Shown here in pieces: positions 57,110-64,000 of a stretch of DNA of 64,000 nt. This stretch comes from a bacterium (GTDB lineage Bacteria; Bacillota_I; Bacilli_A; RF39; UBA660). Made by a program: the position numbers and the translations under genes. How positions within the stretch are numbered: position 1 is the stretch's first letter; the number at the start of each line of letters is the position of its first letter. The notes beneath the pieces are model-generated. The model was given only the letters and a program-made list of their open reading frames with translations. It had not been told where the DNA came from and made no database searches. The stretch lies in the NCBI GenBank assembly GCA_963645945.1, contig CAVIUA010000040.1:34353-98352 (forward strand), written 5' to 3'.

Positions 57110-59554
57110 TTAATCTAAGTCTGTTCTTGCAAGGATTTCGGCAGGTCTTTTTCTTAATAGTGCGTACACCGGTATTAATCCTACTAATAAGTTGAATCCA
57201 TAACAAATAATTATAGCTTCAAGATATGTTTTTAAATTAATCATTATAATTGTCTGCATTCCTGGTATAGATGTTAATACTTTCATAATGTAAGCACATA
57301 AAGAAACACCTAATAAGCTTGTTAGAGTTGTTATTGCGATGATTTCTCCTGAGAACATTATGTAAATATCTTTTTTCTTAACGCCTATTGCTCTATAAAT
57401 TCCTACTTCTTTTACTCTTGATAGGAATGAAGATCTACTCATTAAGAAAATTTCTATTAGTGAGATACATAATATTATACCAGCACCAGCATATAAAACA
57501 GTTTTGCCTTTTGATTTCCCGGCAAGATACTCTTTTTTATCTTTTTGATAATTATCATAGATATTTAATTCAAAATTACTTCTGAATTCATTTAATACTT
57601 GCTCTTTGTTTTCGGGATAAACAGTTATTTTTTTAGCTGTTGTGATAAGTTTTGTCTTAATCATGTTATTATTTACAAAATATATATTAATGTCATCTGG
57701 TGAAGTATAGTAACCAACGACTACTAATTTTTTGCCAGCTATTTTTACATCAGATTCTTTATTTAATTTTAAAGTCTCTTCGTTTGAGGTGTTTACAATT
57801 GTTTCATAGTCATTTTCTGGAAGACGTCCTTTAACTAAAGTAATTTTATCCAAATATATATTATAGTCTTGTATACCGCCAGTTCTTATAGTGTTAACAT
57901 TATATGGAAACTCTTCTGACTTTTCTTTGCTGTTATATAAAATATTAATCATATTACTATTATAAGTATAAATAGATGGACTGGTTAAATCTGATATACC
58001 AACTATTGTATATGGTTTAAGGGACTGAATATATACATCTCTATTTAAAACGTCTTTTGCTTTTTTAAGTCCTAACATTTGGCTTGAGCCGGATGATGAA
58101 TTATACATTTTTTCAATAGTAAATTTATCAACAACGATTTCATTTTCGTTTTCTGGCATTCTACCATAAATTAAATCTTTTTTAGTAATCATATCAATTG
58201 ATGAAAGTGAGCCAGTTAATTCTAGTGTATTGTTTGACGTTTGATAGAAATCATTTATTGGCATGACGAATGATACTTTAGAACTTTCTGGCAAGACGTA
58301 TTTTACTCCGGAAATATTTTCATATTTTTGATATGCTTCAATACTAGGTTTATTTGTTTCTATTGTTAAATAGTTTTTATTGGTGGAAACAAATTCTTTT
58401 TCGTCTACTCTTTTCGCAACGCCTAAAGTACTTGTTGATATCATAATAAATATTCCGGATAAAAAGAAACCAATTAATAATATCTTTTTTATTAAAGAGT
58501 AATTAAACACCTTGATAAAACCATTGGTAATAAACGTTATAGGATTAAATATTGATGAATAACGTAATTTTTTATTTTTATCGACTATGTTATCAAAATC
58601 AAATTCATATTTTTCAAGTTCTTTTTTATCCATTTTATGATATTTATCATTAATGAACTCAATACTTGAATCATCATCTACTACTTCTATGGAATTGTTA
58701 TTTTTGCTCTTTATGTAGATATTATTGTTTTTAATGACAATTTCTACTTTTAATTTTTCATTATCATCATGATATATTGTTATATTATTGTTTTTATCAT
58801 TGTATGTATCACATTTTTTGAAGTCTTTTAAATAGAAACGATTATCAATAGCGTAGTCTAATTCATTGGTGTGAGTATTTTGATAGTCTTTAACGACTTT
58901 ACCATCGGATATTTCTATTATTCTATCAGCATAAAAGTTAGCTAAATTTGTTTCATGGGTTACTAATATTACTAATCTATCTTTGGAAATAGCTTTAATG
59001 ATATTCATAATTTCAACGGAATTTTTACTATCAAGGTTTCCAGTTGGCTCATCAGCTATGATGATATTAGGATTTTTTACGATAGCTCTTGCGATACCTA
59101 CTCTTTGTCTTTCACCACCGGATAACATATTAGCGGGTCTTTTACGGTAACGATACATTCCTACTTTTTCTAAGACATAAGTTACTCTTTTGTCTATTTC
59201 TTTTTTGTCTTTAATGCCAATTATTTTTAAGCTTAAAGCAACGTTATCATAAACTGATAAGTTTTCGACTAATTTATAGTCTTGAAAAATATAACCAATG
59301 TTTAGGTTTCTAATTTTATCTACGTTATAGCTAAATTTACTAGTTATTTTTTGATTATTTATGTAAATTTTACCTTTTCCTACTTTATCAAGTCCGCCAA
59401 TGACATTTAAAAGGGTTGTTTTACCAGAACCTGATGGTCCAAGTAAAGCGGTTAAGCCTGTATCTTCTAGAGTTAGAGATGTATTATCAATTACATGTAT
59501 TTGATTTTTACGATGACGATTAAAGTATTTATTTACTTTTTCTATTTTAATCAT
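57110..59554 (-). CDS. Fused ABC ATPase plus FtsX-type permease (MacB-like), 814 aa
   Basis: N-terminal nucleotide-binding domain (GPSGSGKTTLLN, LSGGERQRVGIARA, IIADEPTGNLD), then a transmembrane helix, a large extracytoplasmic domain and C-terminal FtsX helices. Confidence 0.8.
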   Translation of the reverse strand: MIKIEKVNKYFNRHRKNQIHVIDNTSLTLEDTGLTALLGPSGSGKTTLLNVIGGLDKVGKGKIYINNQKITSKFSYNVDKIRNLNIGYIFQDYKLVENLSVYDNVALSLKIIGIKDKKEIDKRVTYVLEKVGMYRYRKRPANMLSGGERQRVGIARAIVKNPNIIIADEPTGNLDSKNSVEIMNIIKAISKDRLVILVTHETNLANFYADRIIEISDGKVVKDYQNTHTNELDYAIDNRFYLKDFKKCDTYNDKNNNITIYHDDNEKLKVEIVIKNNNIYIKSKNNNSIEVVDDDSSIEFINDKYHKMDKKELEKYEFDFDNIVDKNKKLRYSSIFNPITFITNGFIKVFNYSLIKKILLIGFFLSGIFIMISTSTLGVAKRVDEKEFVSTNKNYLTIETNKPSIEAYQKYENISGVKYVLPESSKVSFVMPINDFYQTSNNTLELTGSLSSIDMITKKDLIYGRMPENENEIVVDKFTIEKMYNSSSGSSQMLGLKKAKDVLNRDVYIQSLKPYTIVGISDLTSPSIYTYNSNMINILYNSKEKSEEFPYNVNTIRTGGIQDYNIYLDKITLVKGRLPENDYETIVNTSNEETLKLNKESDVKIAGKKLVVVGYYTSPDDINIYFVNNNMIKTKLITTAKKITVYPENKEQVLNEFRSNFELNIYDNYQKDKKEYLAGKSKGKTVLYAGAGIILCISLIEIFLMSRSSFLSRVKEVGIYRAIGVKKKDIYIMFSGEIIAITTLTSLLGVSLCAYIMKVLTSIPGMQTIIMINLKTYLEAIIICYGFNLLVGLIPVYALLRKRPAEILARTDLD

Positions 59555-59556
59555 TA

Positions 59557-61791
59557 TTACACCTCTTCCCTATATGAATTCATAACACTATTTTTAAATA
59601 TTTTAGCAGCATACTTTTCACTTGTAAGGAATGATAAAATAATTAGTATTATATATAGTAATAAGTAATCTTTAAATATTAAGTAGTCATTTATTGTATT
59701 GAAAAGATTATATGAAATTATATTTATTTTATTTAGATATAAGCATCCTATAAATGAGAAATATACAAGATTTGATATTACAAATAATTCTATTACTAAT
59801 AGTTGTCTAGCTACTTTTTTAGATGAGCCTAACATTCTAATTATTGTATAGTAGATATTTCTAGATTTTAATATTAGTTTGATGACAAAGTATGTTATAA
59901 AGAATAACGTTACTACTAGGATTATTGTTACTATTATTTTTAATATTCTTACTATGACAACGGCTTCTTGTTGAACTAAGGCGTCTTTAATTGCTAGAGT
60001 ATTATAATCCTTGTTTAACGTATTAAGTGTTTCGTCGATTATTCTGGCATCTTTTACATAAACACTAACTTGGTAAGTTGCTTTATTATATAGGCTATTA
60101 TAGTCATCTTTATTAATGAAGATAATACCATTATAATTTTCATAATCTTCTTTCTTATAATTTGGTATGTTTAAAACATTAGCAATATTTTTTATATTGT
60201 AATATTTTTCTACTGATAAATTTAACGATTCTTGATAATATAAATTGCTTACATTTATAGTTAATGGCTGGTTAATACAATTTTCTTTTGGACAAGAATA
60301 CTTATTGTCTTCTGATATATAAGTTTTTCCTCTAGAAACCCAGTCATTTGGAACTATTTTGTAACTTGTATCCCAGAAGCTTGACTGATGATTTTTTCCT
60401 AGGAAGTTTACTACAGTAGTACTGTAAGTTTGATTTGCTTGAAATTGTAATTCATTAAGTAGTTGCTCACTAAAATATAAGTAATATTTATAGTCTTCTG
60501 TTGCTTTTGCATATTTGATACCAACTATTTTCAAATTTTTAACGATGTTGTTTTCACCTGATGAATATTCATTTTCTATACTGTAAGTTTTTTTCATTAA
60601 ACCGTCTTTAACTTGTGATAAATTGTAGTCGTCTTTTGGGCCTTCTACAACAATTTCGTTATCATTTTCAGGAAGTCTTCCGTAGGCAAGTTTTCCTTTT
60701 AATTGTTTTATACCTTTTGGTGTTCCAGATAAAACGTAGGACTGGTCTTCGGAATTTAGTGTAAAATATCTGTCTGTAACGACATCATTTCTCATGACGT
60801 TTGAGATGTTATCTAGTTTTGAAATTTTATCTAATTCTTCATCAGTAAAAGGGCTTTTGTCTTTCTTATTTATAATGATTCTTTCTTCACTTAAATCTTT
60901 AAAGATATAGTTATAGCCTGTTTTAGAATTTTCATATTCACTTTTCTTGAATGATGAGTATTCTGCCATTAGTGAAACGACTATAAATAGATAGACAATT
61001 AGTAATAAAATGAATTTTGGTAAAACGTTGAAGGTATTTCTGATACCTAATCTTATTTTGTTAAAGAAAGTGATATTTTGATAGTTATTTTCAATACTTG
61101 GACCTTCTTTTACGTCTTTTATTTTCTTGTCTTCTAAAATTTTACCATCATGCATAGTTATTTTTCTAGTGGCATACTCGCTTATTTGTTCATAGTTATG
61201 AGTAACAATTATAACTAGTTTATCTTTAGATAGTTCTTTTAAAAGTCTGATGATTGACTCTGCTGATCTTTTATCTAAGTTACCAGTTGGTTCATCAGCT
61301 ATAATTACTGGAACGTCTTGGGCTAGAGCTCTTGCGATTGCAACACGTTGTTTTTGACCAACGGATAATTTTGATACTTTTGTTTTGGTAAATTTTTCAA
61401 GATTTACTTTCTTAATTAATTCTAACACCTTTGGTCTAGCTTCTTTTTTAGTTAAGCCATTTAAAATTAAGACTAATTCAATATTTTGATACACGGTATA
61501 GCTATTAATTAAATTAAAGTTTTGATAGATGTTGCCAATGTATTTACGACGATAATCTTCCCAGTCTTTTTCCATGTAATGACTTGTTTCTTTACCATCA
61601 ACATACATTTCGCCTTCTTCATAAGTATCAAGTCCTGAAATTACATTTAATAAAGTTGATTTACCTGAACCTGATTCTCCAGTAATCGCAACAAATTCTC
61701 CTATATTAAACTCGACGTTTACTTTAGAAAAGCCAGAGGCAATGACTCCTTTACTGTAATAAAATTTTGAAACATTTTTTAACTTTATCAT
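59557..61791 (-). CDS. Fused ABC ATPase plus FtsX-type permease (MacB-like), 744 aa, tandem paralog
   Basis: GESGSGKSTLLN, LSVGQKQRVAIARA and IIADEPTGNLD, then an FtsX-like permease domain. Lies 2 nt upstream of its paralog. Confidence 0.8.
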   Translation of the reverse strand: MIKLKNVSKFYYSKGVIASGFSKVNVEFNIGEFVAITGESGSGKSTLLNVISGLDTYEEGEMYVDGKETSHYMEKDWEDYRRKYIGNIYQNFNLINSYTVYQNIELVLILNGLTKKEARPKVLELIKKVNLEKFTKTKVSKLSVGQKQRVAIARALAQDVPVIIADEPTGNLDKRSAESIIRLLKELSKDKLVIIVTHNYEQISEYATRKITMHDGKILEDKKIKDVKEGPSIENNYQNITFFNKIRLGIRNTFNVLPKFILLLIVYLFIVVSLMAEYSSFKKSEYENSKTGYNYIFKDLSEERIIINKKDKSPFTDEELDKISKLDNISNVMRNDVVTDRYFTLNSEDQSYVLSGTPKGIKQLKGKLAYGRLPENDNEIVVEGPKDDYNLSQVKDGLMKKTYSIENEYSSGENNIVKNLKIVGIKYAKATEDYKYYLYFSEQLLNELQFQANQTYSTTVVNFLGKNHQSSFWDTSYKIVPNDWVSRGKTYISEDNKYSCPKENCINQPLTINVSNLYYQESLNLSVEKYYNIKNIANVLNIPNYKKEDYENYNGIIFINKDDYNSLYNKATYQVSVYVKDARIIDETLNTLNKDYNTLAIKDALVQQEAVVIVRILKIIVTIILVVTLFFITYFVIKLILKSRNIYYTIIRMLGSSKKVARQLLVIELFVISNLVYFSFIGCLYLNKINIISYNLFNTINDYLIFKDYLLLYIILIILSFLTSEKYAAKIFKNSVMNSYREEV

Positions 61792-61881
61792 ATATTGTCT
61801 CCTTTTTTTTAACTAAAATAATTATAAGTATTTACTTGGTTGCATACAAGCGAATTTGCTTGGAATTTTGGTAAGTTTACT

Positions 61882-62508
61882 TTACATTTTAAGATGATCC
61901 AACATTATTTGTAGTATTTCATTTTCATCTTTATTATATATATTAATAACAATAGCGCCTTTTGGCTTAACAAAGTTACTTGTTTTGATATCATATTCAT
62001 CGCGACTAAGTAGTTCTTTTTTGACTTCTTCTAAAGAGATGTCTGGTCTTTTTTTAGATAGAATTTTAACGCGTGTATTAATATCGGCATAGAAATAAAA
62101 TTTGAAATCAGCATCTGGCATTATTCTTTCAGCAATGTCTCGGCCTTCCATAATAATATTTTCATTTTCTTCTATAAAGGCCTTTTGATATTTTCTAATA
62201 AACTCTTTTACTACTTCAACGGCTGAATATTTTGTTACTGTTAAGGCTACTAAGTCTTGTTCAAGGGCTTCGGTTACATCAAGATTATTTACATAATATC
62301 TATCATTTTTTATAGATAACTTCGTTGTTTTTAATGTTCTTTCTATTGACTTAATGTCTTCTGGGTCAACATCATTACTGATTAATTGTAGACCTACCAT
62401 ACGATATAAATTACCGGTATTAAAAACTTTGTAATTTATTTTTTTAGCTAGCAGCTTTGAGCAGGCTGTTTTTCCGGTTGCGGAAAGACCATCTATTGCG
62501 ATTTTCAT
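61882..62508 (-). CDS. cmk: Cytidylate kinase
   Basis: IAIDGLSATGKT P-loop, NTGNLYRMV motif, 208 aa. Confidence 0.65.
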   Translation of the reverse strand: MKIAIDGLSATGKTACSKLLAKKINYKVFNTGNLYRMVGLQLISNDVDPEDIKSIERTLKTTKLSIKNDRYYVNNLDVTEALEQDLVALTVTKYSAVEVVKEFIRKYQKAFIEENENIIMEGRDIAERIMPDADFKFYFYADINTRVKILSKKRPDISLEEVKKELLSRDEYDIKTSNFVKPKGAIVINIYNKDENEILQIMLDHLKM

Positions 62509-62516
62509 ATTTCCTC

Positions 62517-63185
62517 CTAGACACTTACTTTTTCTTTTATTTCATTTTTTATAATCCATTTTATATCTTCTATTGATTTATCGATATTAAAACGACCATT
62601 TCCAATTGGATAATATACTGAATAAGCTTTGTAGATTTTATTGTTTATCTTTAAAGGATACATTTCTTTTCTAGATGTTGATACTGATATTTTTTGATTT
62701 AGGACAATACTACTTACTTGGTTGCCAAACAGGATAATTATTTTTGGATTTATTATTTCTATTTCTTTTAGTAATAAATCTAAGTATTCTTTATAAACTT
62801 TATCTGGTAATGGCCTAGCATCTATTTGAGTACATTTACCAAGATTTGTAATAAAAAGCTTGTGCTTTTTAACATTATCATATACTTCTTCGGCAAATTC
62901 TTCAGTCCATGATGATGCTGGCATTTTCTTGATAGTTTTATATAACTCTTCATCTATTAAATTAACGGCTTCAAATAAGTCCCAAATATTTTTAGTGCCA
63001 ATCCAGGGTGACTTTAATCCATGCCAAGATTTAGAAGAAGCAATATTTCTACCGGTTGGATTCATAAATACAAAACAAATGTCTGGATTAGTTTCACAGC
63101 CACCATTATAAATAGAATCTAAATTTTTTGTCCCGTACTTTTGTTGTAATTTGTCATATTCTTTATTTAAGTCTTTAAGTTTCAT
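62517..63185 (-). CDS. Uracil-DNA glycosylase superfamily protein (family not resolved)
   Basis: Motif-1-like FVFMNPTG (compare GMNPG and GINPG) and a C-terminal YPIGNGRF motif-2-like segment. Confidence 0.45.
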   Translation of the reverse strand: MKLKDLNKEYDKLQQKYGTKNLDSIYNGGCETNPDICFVFMNPTGRNIASSKSWHGLKSPWIGTKNIWDLFEAVNLIDEELYKTIKKMPASSWTEEFAEEVYDNVKKHKLFITNLGKCTQIDARPLPDKVYKEYLDLLLKEIEIINPKIIILFGNQVSSIVLNQKISVSTSRKEMYPLKINNKIYKAYSVYYPIGNGRFNIDKSIEDIKWIIKNEIKEKVSV

Positions 63186-63209
63186 AACTACTCCTATATG
63201 TTTATTTAA

Positions 63210-63896
63210 TTATAAATCATTCTTTTTCTTTTGTTCTACAAAAAATTCTATTTTTGATTTTACGTTTTTATATTCTGCATCAACTCGTATATAATATAGT
63301 CCTTTTTCTTGAAGGTATGGCGTTATATCATTTATGAATTTGCCATCATACTTAACCTTTTCTGGCCTTCCATTTCTTCTTATGTATATTTTTTTGTAAG
63401 TAGTATCATTTGTTTTTACTTCGTGAAAATTGTCATCATTTTGACAGCCAACTTGTCTTTCTTTGTTTTTAGAATAACAGGCATATGACTCGATTTTTAA
63501 AATATATTTCCCTTTGCTTGACTCTGGATAATTGTCTATACTACCACCTTTTATGCCATAGTATGTATCTCTATGGTATGTGTTAAGATTAATGAAAAAA
63601 GGTACAATTGGTATTTTGTGTTTATCTAAAACTCCATAAGTAATTGGTGAATCATTTATTTTTATCTTATACAATCTATTTTTAGAATAACTAACTGGTG
63701 CAGTTATTTCAATTGTTCCTACAAGAACTTTGAAAAGAAAAATGCAGATTATTGTTATGACTGATACTTGTACTATATTATGCTTTTTAGTTTTTTTATA
63801 AGTTTCGTTGTAAGTCTTTAAATCTTTTAAAGCTTCTTTCTGTTCTTTCTTTACGTCACCTAACATATCTTCTTTGTTGTAATAAAATTTTTTCAT
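63210..63896 (-). CDS. Hypothetical membrane-anchored protein (228 aa)
   Basis: One transmembrane helix after a charged N-terminus. C-terminal domain of unknown function. Confidence 0.4.
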   Translation of the reverse strand: MKKFYYNKEDMLGDVKKEQKEALKDLKTYNETYKKTKKHNIVQVSVITIICIFLFKVLVGTIEITAPVSYSKNRLYKIKINDSPITYGVLDKHKIPIVPFFINLNTYHRDTYYGIKGGSIDNYPESSKGKYILKIESYACYSKNKERQVGCQNDDNFHEVKTNDTTYKKIYIRRNGRPEKVKYDGKFINDITPYLQEKGLYYIRVDAEYKNVKSKIEFFVEQKKKNDL

Positions 63897-64000
63897 ATTA
63901 TCACCAGTTCTCCAGTAATTATTAACTATATATCTTGTTTTAATTATATCATGTATTATATTAAATAGAAAAAAATTAAAATAAAAAAGGACTTGATGTC

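Noticed and set aside
1-64000. CRISPR arrays, rRNA genes, transposases or integrases and prophage structural genes
   Set aside because: Scanning both strands found no regularly spaced direct repeats, no rRNA-like GC-rich conserved blocks, and no DDE or tyrosine-integrase ORFs other than chromosomal xerD.

Overview
This is a very AT-rich (roughly 27% GC) chromosomal segment that looks like an endospore-forming Firmicute. Most of it is housekeeping genes: lemA plus a TPM-domain gene, mutS, nusB-xseA-xseB, a class B sortase, spoIVB, spoIIGA-sigE, tdk, yigZ, an AI-2E permease, an Ala T-box leader, alaS, holA, rarA, xerD-deoB, mnmA, murC, queH, zupT, cmk, a UDG-superfamily gene, a NUDIX gene, a MarR-regulated ABC exporter pair, a TetR/MMPL/YhgE locus, two tandem fused ATPase-FtsX ABC genes and one tRNA. 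There is no CRISPR array, no rRNA and no obvious transposase or integrase. The parts not explained by housekeeping are: (1) a self-contained promoter-to-terminator module at 1925..6365 with a 266-aa unknown protein, a ~1100-aa superfamily-2 DExH helicase whose single reading frame is broken only by in-frame TAA codons, and a translationally coupled 86-aa acidic protein; (2) two tandem diverged paralogs (32464..34962) carrying a transglutaminase-like Cys/His/Asp core, followed by an ~870-bp ORF-free region at >85% AT with a T16 tract; (3) an Ala-specifier T-box that appears to control two P-loop kinase genes as well as alaS; (4) mutS followed by an unknown 435-aa protein instead of mutL; (5) a small-peptide and palindrome region at 38400..38900. 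Every functional call is from motif recognition by eye; no database search was possible.
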